Of a DNA stretch of 64,000 bases, positions 42,903 to 52,328 are shown one piece after another. Position 1 is the first letter of the stretch. The number at the start of each line of letters is the position of its first letter. Source of the stretch: an uncultured delta proteobacterium (GTDB lineage Bacteria; Desulfobacterota; Binatia; UBA9968); contig CAVSHR010000002.1 in the NCBI GenBank assembly GCA_963727625.1, positions 224,001-288,000 on the forward strand. Reading direction: 5' to 3'. The notes under the pieces were generated by a model. It was not told the origin of the DNA, searched no databases, and saw nothing but the letters and a program-made list of their open reading frames with translations. A program made the position numbers and the translations under genes.

Positions 42903-44894
42903 ATGCCCGAAGTTCATTTCCTCGAAGAGCTGTTGATCGTTCTTGCCACAACGATCTCGATTGTATTTTTGTTTCAAAAGATGCGCGTGCCGGCGATCGT
43001 CGGCTTTCTTCTGGCCGGCGTGGTGATCGGTCCGGGAGGGCTGGGGCTCATCGAGAAAGTCAACCAGGTCGAAACCCTGGCGGATATTGGCGTCGTGCTG
43101 CTGCTGTTCACCATCGGCATCGAGTTCAGATTAGAAACAATTCTTGCCATGAAGCGCCGGATCATTTTGGCCGGTTTCCTCCAGGTGCTTTTAACGATCC
43201 TCGCCGTAGTCGGCATCGCGCTCGCCTTGCGCGCTTCTCTCGGTATTGGCGTCTTCTACGGTTTCCTTGTCACCATGAGCAGCACGGCGATCGTCTTGCG
43301 CGCCTTTCAAGAGCGCGGCGAGATCAACGCGTTGCATGGCCGCTTGGCGAGCGGCACGCTGTTGTTCCAAGACCTTTGCATCGTGCCGATGATGCTAACC
43401 GTGCCGTTCCTTGGTGGTTCGGGAGAGGGTTATGGGCTTGCCATCCTGTGGGCCATGGTCAAATCGTTGTTAGCCCTTGCCCTGATCGTCTGGACTGCGC
43501 GCAAGGTTTTGCCGTGGCTGCTGCGCCATATGGCGCCGGCAAGAAACCGGGAAATTTTCGTCCTCTTTATTATTTTAGTCTGTCTGGGCACGGCGTGGTT
43601 AGCGTCGATGGCTGGGTTGTCGCTGGCGCTTGGCGCGTTGATCGCCGGACTAGTCATTTCGGAGTCCGAGCTGAGCCACCAAGTCGTCGCCGATGTGCTG
43701 CCGTTGCGCGACTGTTTCAGCGGCATCTTTTTCATTTCCATCGGCATGCTGCTCGATCCACGCTCGCTCGGGCAGGATTGGCTCACGCCCGCGCTCGGCT
43801 TGTTGGCCTTGGTCAGTCTCAAGATGCTCGTGATCATACTGGTATTCTGGTGGCTTTATCGCTCGCTGCGGCTCGGCATCATCTTGGGCTTGAGCCTTGC
43901 GCAAATCGGCGAGTTTTCTTTTATCTTGGCTAAGGCAGGCATCGGTTACCAGCTATTAAGCGCCAGCGAGGAACAAACATTTCTCGCCGCATCGATCTTG
44001 AGCATGATCCTCACGCCGTTCTTGATCCAATCAGGGCAAGGGATTGCAGCTCGTGTGAGCGGCGCTGCCGGCTCGCGGCTAAGCGCTGAATCGTTGACCG
44101 ATCCGGCGCCGAAGCAGAGCGGCGCTGAAGATCATGTCGTCATCGTCGGTTATGGACTCAACGGGCAAAACCTCGCCCGCGTGCTGCGCGAATCGGGCAT
44201 TCCCTATCGGGTCTTGGAACTGGATCCCGAGCTGGTGCGCGAAGGCATTGCGGTCGGAGAACCGATCACGTTCGGCGACGGCACCCGCACCGAAATACTC
44301 GATCAAATTCGCATCGATCGGGCCAGAGTGCTGGTGATTGCCATCTCGGATCCGGCCGCTACCGCCCGCATCGTGTCGCAGGCCCGGCGGTTGCGCCGCG
44401 ACATCGACATCATCGTCCGGACCCGCTACGTGGCCGAGATCGAGCGGCTTTACCGGCTCGGCGCCAACCAGGTCATTCCCGAGGAGTTCGAAACCTCGGT
44501 GGAGATCTTCGCGCGGGTTTTGCAGGAATATCACGTGCCCCGCAACGTCATCGCGCTGCAAGTCGATTTGATCCGCAAGGAACACTACGGCACCCTCCGC
44601 GGCTTGCGATTGCAAGGCAAACAGCTCGACGAGCTCAACCAGTACCTGGTCGGCACGACCACGGATATCTTTTCGGTGCCTAATGGTTCGCTGTTGGTGG
44701 GCCGGAGCTTGCGGGAAATCGATTTGCGCGAACGCAGCGGCGTCACGCTGATCGCCGCGGTGCGCGACGGCAAGCCGCTGCATAACCCGGGGCCGGAGTT
44801 CGTCCTCGAAGCGGGCGATCGACTGGTGCTGCTCGGCGACCACAAGGCGCTTGACGAAGCGGCGCAGATCATCTCGCCGCGCGCGGATGCTTAA
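42903..44894 (+). CDS. CPA2/Kef-type cation:proton antiporter with TrkA_N and TrkA_C domains
   Basis: GVVLLLFTIGIEF, SSTAIV, LLFQDL, LAQIGEFSF, IVGYGLNG, C-terminal RCK_C domain. Confidence 0.92.
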   Translation: MPEVHFLEELLIVLATTISIVFLFQKMRVPAIVGFLLAGVVIGPGGLGLIEKVNQVETLADIGVVLLLFTIGIEFRLETILAMKRRIILAGFLQVLLTILAVVGIALALRASLGIGVFYGFLVTMSSTAIVLRAFQERGEINALHGRLASGTLLFQDLCIVPMMLTVPFLGGSGEGYGLAILWAMVKSLLALALIVWTARKVLPWLLRHMAPARNREIFVLFIILVCLGTAWLASMAGLSLALGALIAGLVISESELSHQVVADVLPLRDCFSGIFFISIGMLLDPRSLGQDWLTPALGLLALVSLKMLVIILVFWWLYRSLRLGIILGLSLAQIGEFSFILAKAGIGYQLLSASEEQTFLAASILSMILTPFLIQSGQGIAARVSGAAGSRLSAESLTDPAPKQSGAEDHVVIVGYGLNGQNLARVLRESGIPYRVLELDPELVREGIAVGEPITFGDGTRTEILDQIRIDRARVLVIAISDPAATARIVSQARRLRRDIDIIVRTRYVAEIERLYRLGANQVIPEEFETSVEIFARVLQEYHVPRNVIALQVDLIRKEHYGTLRGLRLQGKQLDELNQYLVGTTTDIFSVPNGSLLVGRSLREIDLRERSGVTLIAAVRDGKPLHNPGPEFVLEAGDRLVLLGDHKALDEAAQIISPRADA

Positions 44895-45196
44895 GCGATT
44901 CGACCGCACGACGGTAAAGGGCGACGCCGATTGGGCTCGAACGCTGACATTGTGAATACCTCTGTGCATAACACGTTGGTATCGTTCCCAACTCCGCAGG
45001 GGAACTTCTGAACTTACCTTTTATGATTTACCAACAAGGCGATCCTCGCGATCGATCGAAAAAAAATCTTACCGCGGGCACAAAAATTTGTTGCATTTTG
45101 ATTCTGTTCAGTTGCATATTCATATTGTAACTGTTTTTTTTGAAACGACCATGAAAATTCCTTCCGCAGATTATCCCGGAATCAAATGACACAGCG

Positions 45197-46573
45197 ATGG
45201 CGGCCCTAGAAGATAACTTGCGCAAGGTTCCACCGCAGAACCTCGAAGCGGAGTCGTCCGTCCTGGGCGGCATATTGCTCGAGAACGAGGCGATCAATCA
45301 GGTCTTGGAGTCCTTGCGGCCAGAGGACTTTTATCGCGAATCGCACCGCAAAATTTTGCGCGCCATGATAGAAATCACCGATCGCGGCGAGCCGGTGGAC
45401 TTGATCACCCTGAGCGAGTTTCTCAAAAGCAAAAACGAGCTCGAAAGCGTGGGCGGCACGGCCTATCTGGCGTCTTTGGCCGACTTCGTGCCGACCGCTG
45501 CGAACATTTCCTACTACGCGCGCATCGTGCGCGAAAAGGCGATATTGCGCAGTCTGATCAGCACCGCGACCGAGATTGCCACGCGGGGTTACGAAGAGCA
45601 GGGCAACGTCGACGAGTTTCTCGATACCGCCGAAAAAGTCATCTTCGATATCTCCGAGAAAAAGGTCAAAGCATCCTTCGTCGCCGTCGGCGACATGATC
45701 ACCGATACGCTCAAGACCATCGACAAGCTTTATCAGCGTAAAGAGATGATTACCGGTGTGCCCACCGGTTATGAGGAGCTCGACAAGATTACCGCGGGGC
45801 TGCAGCCGTCGGATCTGATCATCGTCGCCGGCCGTCCGGGCATGGGCAAGACCGCGTTCGCTTTGAACATCGCCGCCAACGCCGCGTACACCGGTGTTGG
45901 CGCGGCGATATTTTCTCTGGAAATGGCCAAGGAACAGTTGGTGCTGCGCATGCTTTGCTCCGAGGCGCGGGTGAATAGCTCCAAGGTGCGCTCTGGTTAC
46001 CTCGGCGAGCGCGATTTTCCACAACTTGCAAAGGCAGCCGGCCGCTTGCACGAAGCGCCGATTTACATCGACGATACGCCGGCCATTTCGATCCTCGAGC
46101 TGCGCGCCAAGGCGCGCCGCTTGCTCCGCGACCGTACCAAAAAAGTGGGCCTGATCGTTGTCGATTATCTTCAGCTCATGCGCGGCATGGGCAACGCCAA
46201 CAATCGTGAACAAGAGATTTCAGAAATTTCCCGCTCCCTCAAAGCGCTCGCCAAAGAGCTGAGCGTTCCAGTAATTGCATTATCGCAGCTTAATCGCAAG
46301 GTTGAAGATCGGACCGGGAGAAAGCCGCAGATGTCAGACCTCCGTGAATCCGGAGCGATCGAACAGGACGCCGATGTAATTATGTTCATTTACCGGGAAG
46401 AGCTTTATGACAAGACCAACGAGGATGTGAAGGGCAAAGCCGAAGTCATTGTTGAGAAACAGCGTAATGGTCCCACCGGAACGATCACGCTCACTTTCCT
46501 CGGCGAGTATACCCGCTTCGAAAACTACACCGAACGGGACGATTACAGTTACGACGAGGCGGACGAGGCGTAG
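45197..46573 (+). CDS. dnaB: replicative DNA helicase
   Basis: PPQNLEAE, AGRPGMGKT, FSLEM, VDYLQL, LSQLNR, DLRESGAIEQDAD, KQRNGPTG. Confidence 0.97.
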   Translation: MAALEDNLRKVPPQNLEAESSVLGGILLENEAINQVLESLRPEDFYRESHRKILRAMIEITDRGEPVDLITLSEFLKSKNELESVGGTAYLASLADFVPTAANISYYARIVREKAILRSLISTATEIATRGYEEQGNVDEFLDTAEKVIFDISEKKVKASFVAVGDMITDTLKTIDKLYQRKEMITGVPTGYEELDKITAGLQPSDLIIVAGRPGMGKTAFALNIAANAAYTGVGAAIFSLEMAKEQLVLRMLCSEARVNSSKVRSGYLGERDFPQLAKAAGRLHEAPIYIDDTPAISILELRAKARRLLRDRTKKVGLIVVDYLQLMRGMGNANNREQEISEISRSLKALAKELSVPVIALSQLNRKVEDRTGRKPQMSDLRESGAIEQDADVIMFIYREELYDKTNEDVKGKAEVIVEKQRNGPTGTITLTFLGEYTRFENYTERDDYSYDEADEA

Positions 46574-46741
46574 TTAGACCGGCGCTCAGCCAATTTAGAA
46601 TTTCAGTCGTAAGATCCCACCAATTCAAGTTCGGCGGGTTGCCGGGAGGGAGCGAAGTTGCGGTTAGCCAAACCCATACGGCTCTCGATTCTGTTTTGAC
46701 GCTGTTTTTCGCTCGCCTGTTTTCACGGCGTCGCGCCGGCG

Positions 46742-46843
46742 GGCGAAGCAAACGCGCCGCCTTTGCTCCTGGCCAACGGACTGGGGCCGCGGGTCGATCC
46801 CGCCAAATATCTGGTCAGCGAGCAATACGACGGTGTACGAGGT
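46742..46843 (+). pseudogene. N-terminal fragment of an ATP-dependent DNA ligase (LigE-like)
   Basis: Translates as APPLLLANGLGPRVDPAKYLVSEQYDGVRG; motif I (SEKxDGVR) with the catalytic Lys changed to Gln, and no further homology. Confidence 0.65.
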
Positions 46844-46946
46844 AAGGAGCAGACGGCAAGCGTAAGCTCACCCGAGGGTTTGGCGATCGCTCTGAAGCGA
46901 AAAGTTGGCTAGAAAAAATAGAGTAGGCATGAAGTGCTACACGAAT

Positions 46947-47651
46947 CTATTTTTCTTTGATTGCCGACTGATCTGGAGGAGCAACGCTAGGATGTTCGGC
47001 GGACCAAGAAAAATAATCGGCCCGGCTGCGGGCCTTAAACCGCTCGGCACTGAATCGATCCGCCCAACCAGATAGCGGTTTTAGATTCATCCCGTAGGCA
47101 GGATCGAACCGGGACCAGTTGCGGGCGTGCTCTTCCGACCGGAAGAGATTCATACCCGCTCATCGGTACGCCCGGCCTTCAGGCGGTCCGCCAAATCCGC
47201 TGTAGGCGTAGCCGACCATCATTTCAGGTTGAACCGACAAAACCGCGTCGTCCCGCATCTCTACCACGATCGGCTCTCCACAATCGAGACAGGGAGCGTC
47301 CACACGTACCATTTTTCCAGGAAATAGCCAGCGAACCGCCAGCGCTTCCAGCCCTCACTGAGCGAACCACTTCTGCTGACCGTTGATGGTGATGCGATAC
47401 TGAGTAGGCAGATTGTTAAACGGGGCAAAGGAAGCGATATAATCGGTGCCCGGAAAAAGCCAGCCTGGGTAGCTCCCACCAGCGTATGAGGGACAGGGTG
47501 CTTCCATCAACTCGTGAAGCAATTTTCGACCCTCCTCAACGGAGACGCCTAGGTCCTTTGCTAGCTCGGTATAATGGGGCGCCTGCCCCGTAGCAATGAA
47601 GCGTTGAATGATTAGGTGAAATACCCTGTCGAGAAGTTTTAAATCGGCCAT
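46947..47651 (-). CDS. MerB (organomercurial lyase)-like protein, predicted selenoprotein with two Sec (U99, U164), 234 aa
   Basis: In-frame TGA at 47357-47355 (KWFAQ-U-GLEAL) and 47162-47160 (RAYR-U-AGMNLFRSEEH); the frame stays open between and after them; N-terminal HTH-like region; APCLDCGEPI segment; hairpin after each UGA. Confidence 0.85.
47130..47147 (-). promoter_or_regulatory. candidate bacterial SECIS for the second UGA
   Basis: CUCUUCC-GGUC-GGAAGAG, perfect 7-bp stem starting after a 12-nt spacer from UGA. Confidence 0.75.
47327..47343 (-). promoter_or_regulatory. candidate bacterial SECIS for the first UGA
   Basis: GCUGGCG-GUU-CGCUGGC, 7-bp stem with two G-U pairs starting after an 11-nt spacer from UGA. 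Confidence 0.65.
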
Positions 47652-47737
47652 GGGTTGTGCCTCCTTAATTCAGTCAGTTACTTCACAGCACCTTTCTTAG
47701 GCTGCTTTCGCATGCCAACCCGCGCTGCCTGTTCGCT

Positions 47738-48784
47738 TCACACTAACGGGATCTCGCTATTTTCCAGCATGTCCGATGGCATGTGTGATACTTTGATAGC
47801 TTGCTCGATATCGGCGTGGTCCCAGAGCATGAGCCGCCCTCCGTCGTATACTTCGCCGTGGTCGATGGTAATTGACTGTTGGAAACAGGCCACGTCGATG
47901 GGCGCGTGGGAGCGACCCACGTGGAAATGGACGATCATTGGGCTGCAGTGGGAGTAGCTGTACCACTCTACCGGGTTGGTCGCGCGGGCATAGGGGACCA
48001 CGGTCATCGGATTCACACCCGCATGCCAGGAATCGATGTAGCCGTCGGTCTTGTTAAGCGCCGCCAGCATGCGTCCTTCGCCGTCTCCACCTTTGACCGA
48101 AACGACACGGCCGTCCTGCAACTCCAGGGTCAGCGGATTCGTCTCGTTCATAGAGCCGAAAGCGGCGATATGATCTGCAACAATGACGCCTTCTGTCGCC
48201 ACTGCAACCGCCGGACTGTGCACTCCACCCGGAAAGTTTCGCCGCGCACGGCCACCTTCCTCCTCTACGAAATAGGCTTGTGCCACCGTGCTTTCGCGGG
48301 GGCCGAACGTGCCGCGCACGTCGGTGCCGTTGGGACTCGTGATGCGCCATGATTTGCCTGGCGCCGATAGGGTATCGATGGTCGCCGCCATGGCTTTTTG
48401 CACGGAGTACGGAAACGCCGCCCATTTCGTTGCCATGAGTTGTACCGTGCGCGCGCGATTGGGCACCCGGGTGCGTTTTTCTCCGGGAAAATGCGGATGG
48501 AGCGCCTCGCGCTTCAGCGAGGGATAGTGGGAAAAAAGCACGTCGGCTTTAGCGTAGGCGTTCAGAACATTCGCCGGAATGTCATCGGGCCGGTCTTTGG
48601 GTATCTTCGGTCCCCAGATGACGTTGACCTGTGCGCCACAGTTCTTGGCTTTCTCGGCAAGCGCAGCGGCAACCGGCTTGTCTGCCGCGCCCTCTTCGCT
48701 CACCACGTAAACCCTTTGCCCGCGCTCTACCGCGCCACAATCCTCGACACAGTTCTTTATGCCGGCTTCGAGCTTGTCAGTCAT
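47738..48784 (-). CDS. peptidase M29/NicX-like fold protein, function unknown
   Basis: RITSPNGTDV, NFPGG, EGVIVAD, PLTLELQDGRVVSVKG, SWHAGVNP, VHFHVG, ITID..VYDGG. Confidence 0.6.
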   Translation of the reverse strand: MTDKLEAGIKNCVEDCGAVERGQRVYVVSEEGAADKPVAAALAEKAKNCGAQVNVIWGPKIPKDRPDDIPANVLNAYAKADVLFSHYPSLKREALHPHFPGEKRTRVPNRARTVQLMATKWAAFPYSVQKAMAATIDTLSAPGKSWRITSPNGTDVRGTFGPRESTVAQAYFVEEEGGRARRNFPGGVHSPAVAVATEGVIVADHIAAFGSMNETNPLTLELQDGRVVSVKGGDGEGRMLAALNKTDGYIDSWHAGVNPMTVVPYARATNPVEWYSYSHCSPMIVHFHVGRSHAPIDVACFQQSITIDHGEVYDGGRLMLWDHADIEQAIKVSHMPSDMLENSEIPLV

Positions 48785-48840
48785 GGTTTGTCCGCTCCTT
48801 CCTTTCGAGATCTAGGTTATCTACGATCGTAGGAATTTCT

Positions 48841-49632
48841 CTACCCGACGCGTTCCCACTGGTTTATGCCGACTTCCCAGCCTTTACTTTGGGAGAGATC
48901 CAAACGGTTACCTTCAGGGTCGGTAATCCGATACTCCGCGTAAGGCCGGTCATCGGGCCGTTTGTTGACTTTCACGACGCTGCTCACATCCTCCATGGTC
49001 GCTTTCAAATCGCGCACGAGAAAGCCGATATGATTGATGCCGAACTTCATCTCATGTCCTTTCGAGCCAGAATTGTAGAAAGGATGGATGGCCAAGTTGA
49101 TGTGCTCGTCGCCGACGAAGCGGTTGAGCTTACCGGCCTTGCGATAGTCGAATCCGCTTGGCACTTCGACAAAACCAAAGACCTCGCTGTAAAACTCTCT
49201 CATCCCCTCCGGGTCCATGGCGTTGTAGGCGATATGGCGAATGCCCGGTATGCGATGCTCTTCGATCACGCCGAAGGACTTTTCTGAAATACTCACCGGA
49301 TTGCCATCGGGATCATGAATGCGAATGACTCCGTGATGCAAATCCCCGTCTTCCGGAATCACCGGCCCGCGCGGAAAAAGTTTCAAGTAGCGGTTCTTTG
49401 TCTGCTCGACGCTCTCGACTTGAATACCGATGTGATTGAGACCCGTCTCCATGCGCGGCTCGCAGAGCGCCGGGCGCTTCTTGAAAAAAGTCAGGTTCAA
49501 AAAGCCGTCGGTGATCGAGACATCACCCGCGGACGACCTTCCCAGTTCCTTGGTGCCCATATAGCGCCCATAAAACTTCGCCAGCTCCTCGGGGTGGTCG
49601 GAAATGAAAGCAAGGTATCGGATGGTCGCCAT
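48841..49632 (-). CDS. two-domain VOC/glyoxalase family protein
   Basis: IRYLA/IRHIA, GLNHIGI/GINHIGF, DPDGNPV/DPEGNRL repeats. Confidence 0.88.
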   Translation of the reverse strand: MATIRYLAFISDHPEELAKFYGRYMGTKELGRSSAGDVSITDGFLNLTFFKKRPALCEPRMETGLNHIGIQVESVEQTKNRYLKLFPRGPVIPEDGDLHHGVIRIHDPDGNPVSISEKSFGVIEEHRIPGIRHIAYNAMDPEGMREFYSEVFGFVEVPSGFDYRKAGKLNRFVGDEHINLAIHPFYNSGSKGHEMKFGINHIGFLVRDLKATMEDVSSVVKVNKRPDDRPYAEYRITDPEGNRLDLSQSKGWEVGINQWERVG

Positions 49633-49881
49633 TGGTTCGCCTCCGTTAGGTGAGTTGCAGAAAGTGAGGATTTCGATCGCTGCCGAATTTAAAGATCGGA
49701 ATAGATCACGCTCCGGGCTGCGTGATTCTACGCGAGTATCGAAACGCCGGATAAACCCGTGTCATGAGTGAAACCTAGTCGAGCCCGGTGTCGGGAGTCA
49801 AGGACTTTTGAAACTGTATTCCTGCCGATGGCGATCCTTAGAGCAACGACTAAAGTCCAACTGTTCCGCCGGACCGCGCCG

Positions 49882-50325
49882 TCAATCGGCAGGTCGATAG
49901 GCCCACGTTTCAACCCCGCCCCCGACGACCTTTGAAAAGAGCGCAAATTCGGGCTCCGTGGAGGTTCTGAACAGGTGAGAATCGCACTTGCAATCGCTGC
50001 AACCGAATCCTTGAATCGAAGACATCCCCTCCGTAGCCGAAAAGACACCCGCCCATCGATGCTCAAGGCGCCTTGTTTCGTAGCTGTACCAAGAGCCGAT
50101 GGGGCGTAAAAATTCTCGCAGATAGTCGATATGCCAATGCAGCCGCTTGGCCTTTCGACAATGTCGCATTACCCGGGCTCGCACGCCGCCCGGTCCGAAG
50201 GCGCTGCCGACGTAGATATAGTACCCCGGGATCAGGTCGAGTTGACCCCAACGACCAACTTGGACCATAGCCTTTGATCGACTTTTCAAAATCAGTGCAT
50301 ATGTTCCAGGTTGTGATTTCATCAT
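49882..50325 (-). CDS. GIY-YIG/Uri superfamily nuclease (DUF123)
   Basis: GTYAL, GYYIYVGSA, RVMRH, LHWHIDYL, GFGCSDCKCDSHLF. Confidence 0.85.
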   Translation of the reverse strand: MMKSQPGTYALILKSRSKAMVQVGRWGQLDLIPGYYIYVGSAFGPGGVRARVMRHCRKAKRLHWHIDYLREFLRPIGSWYSYETRRLEHRWAGVFSATEGMSSIQGFGCSDCKCDSHLFRTSTEPEFALFSKVVGGGVETWAYRPAD

Positions 50326-50412
50326 GCAGTATGGCTGGCTAACGCGAAGGCTGGGCGGCTAAAAAATGGAGTCATTCGATCACCCAATCCAGTCATCGGC
50401 TCAAGCTGCGGG

Positions 50413-50881
50413 TTATGCGGCTGGCTTCCCCCGCAACGCCTCTACCCACTTATTCGCTCGACCGGCGAAATAGTCGAGGCGCCTATCCTCCACATGTGCA
50501 AGGTCCCACACAGCAGCCTGCTTGACGTCTCTACATTCGTGGGCATCGCAGGGGTGCCAGATACACCGTCGTAAGTCAGAACAATCGAGTCTGTTTTCAA
50601 AGGGTCTTGATTGAACCGGAGAACCTTCTTGGGAAGCTCCGCCGTGATGGGAGCAAATCCAATCTTGGTCCACCTTCCTTTAGAATATGCGTGACGAATA
50701 ACCCATATAAGACTCTCTCCGATACGACCTCTTCGGGTGCTGGCATTGTCTCGCCAGAGACACGAAGTTCAATAAGCGCCTATTCAGGCTCATCAAGCAT
50801 TTGGCCGAATCCAAAGTAGCCGTCACCCAGCGAAATCGAGACTAAAACTCTCTTGGAGCATCTCTGTCGCGGCTTAGTCAT
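50413..50881 (-). pseudogene. Imm26-like immunity protein pseudogene
   Basis: ISLGDGYFGFGQML, internal TAG, GRWTKIG, RFNQDP, AAVWDLAHVEDRRLDYFAGRANKWVE across frames. Confidence 0.55.
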
Positions 50882-51172
50882 ATGGGTATCTGCACAACTA
50901 TTGAGTGAGTTGTTCAGCCTGCGCTGTTTTTGACGGCTTATACCGGCCGGATTTGCTTGATGCTCCAGAATAATTTGCTCACGTATTTCGCGCATTTCCA
51001 ACGCCAACGTCAAGCCAATCTCTCCCAACAACTGCCGCCGGCGCGGATGCTTAATCCCCAATCGGCCGGCATTCAATCCCCGAAGTAACGTCGTGTTTTC
51101 AAGTTCTCAGAACCGGTGCGCTGGATTGTGAAGCCGTAGAATTCCGAGGACGTTCTAACACTAAAATTAATT

Positions 51173-51661
51173 TTATTTAGGGACCGAGCTTTCTCGACAA
51201 CACACGAAGTTCACCATCTTCATGCTCATCACCACTTCCTTTTTCTGGTTAAGCACTTCGATGAAAGTGCGGACGATGCCGCGGTCGGGGCGGGATTCGG
51301 AGCGGCGGGCTTCCAAGACGGTTGCGCGGACCGACAATTCATCGCCGGGAAAGACCGGCTTGTCCCAGCGCAGCTCGTCGCCGCCGGGGGAGCCTAAATT
51401 CGCGACCTTGGAGAGATAATTTTCCGTGTAGATGCGCATCATCAGCGCGGCGGTGTGCCAGCCGCTGGCGATCACGCCGCCGTAGATGCTCTGTTTCGCC
51501 GCTTCTTTGTCAACGTGATAGGAAAGCGGCACGTAACGCTTGCCGAAGGCGAGGACTTCTTCTTCGTCGACGGCGATGGAGCCGAATTCGTGCACGGTGC
51601 CGGGAACGTAATCTTCAAAGTAACGATTTTCGGGGGGATGGGCAAAACCGGAATCGTCCAT
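51173..51661 (-). CDS. MaoC family dehydratase
   Basis: YFEDY, YHVD..AA, GVIASGWHT, LRWDKPVFPGD. Confidence 0.9.
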   Translation of the reverse strand: MDDSGFAHPPENRYFEDYVPGTVHEFGSIAVDEEEVLAFGKRYVPLSYHVDKEAAKQSIYGGVIASGWHTAALMMRIYTENYLSKVANLGSPGGDELRWDKPVFPGDELSVRATVLEARRSESRPDRGIVRTFIEVLNQKKEVVMSMKMVNFVCCRESSVPK

Positions 51662-51683
51662 CTTTGCCTCAACGGTGAAACTT

Positions 51684-52322
51684 TTATTGCTGTTGGCTGG
51701 TCGGCTGTTGCTGCATCACGCGTGCGACTTTGCCAGTGATGTCGTCGGCACGCAGGATGTCGCTGATGATCGCCACCGAGTTGGCGCCCGCTTGCCAGAC
51801 TTGCTGGACGTTTTGTTCCATGATGCCGCCGATGGCGACGATGGGGAGTTTCACGCCCGCGCGAATCTGCCGAAGCATGTCGAGACCGCGGGCGGCGAAG
51901 CCGGTGTTTTTCGTCGAGGTGCCGAACATCGGCCCGAAGCCAATATAGTCGGCGCCGTTTCGCTCGGCTTCTTGGGCCTGCGCAAGATCGTGGGTCGAGA
52001 TGCCGATGATTTTGTTGCCGACCAGCTTTCTGCCGGCGACGAGCGGCAAATCCTCTTGGCCCAAGTGTACGCCGTCGGCGGCGCAAGCGAGAGCGATATC
52101 GACGCGATCGTTGATGATCAGCTTGCAGTTCTGTGTGCGGGTTCGCGCCCGAACATGCCGCGCCAACTCACAGAAATCGGCCGGCGTCAGCGATTTCACC
52201 CGCAGCTGGAGCCATTGAACGCCGCTTTTTAACAATTGTTCGAGAACCACCTCGGTGGACCGTCCGGCGGTTTGCTCGGGGTCGAGAATCGCATAGAGCG
52301 CTGGAAGGTCGAGCAGCGGCAT
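51684..52322 (-). CDS. thiE: thiamine-phosphate synthase
   Basis: QLRVK, IINDRVDIA, GVHLGQED, GISTH, GPMFGTSTK, VAIGGI. Confidence 0.95.
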   Translation of the reverse strand: MPLLDLPALYAILDPEQTAGRSTEVVLEQLLKSGVQWLQLRVKSLTPADFCELARHVRARTRTQNCKLIINDRVDIALACAADGVHLGQEDLPLVAGRKLVGNKIIGISTHDLAQAQEAERNGADYIGFGPMFGTSTKNTGFAARGLDMLRQIRAGVKLPIVAIGGIMEQNVQQVWQAGANSVAIISDILRADDITGKVARVMQQQPTSQQQ

Positions 52323-52328
52323 GGGTGC

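Noticed and set aside
49882-50881. GIY-YIG nuclease plus Imm26-like gene as a toxin-immunity pair
   Set aside because: The DUF123 protein has no secretion or toxin features and the immunity gene is decayed; adjacency alone is not enough.
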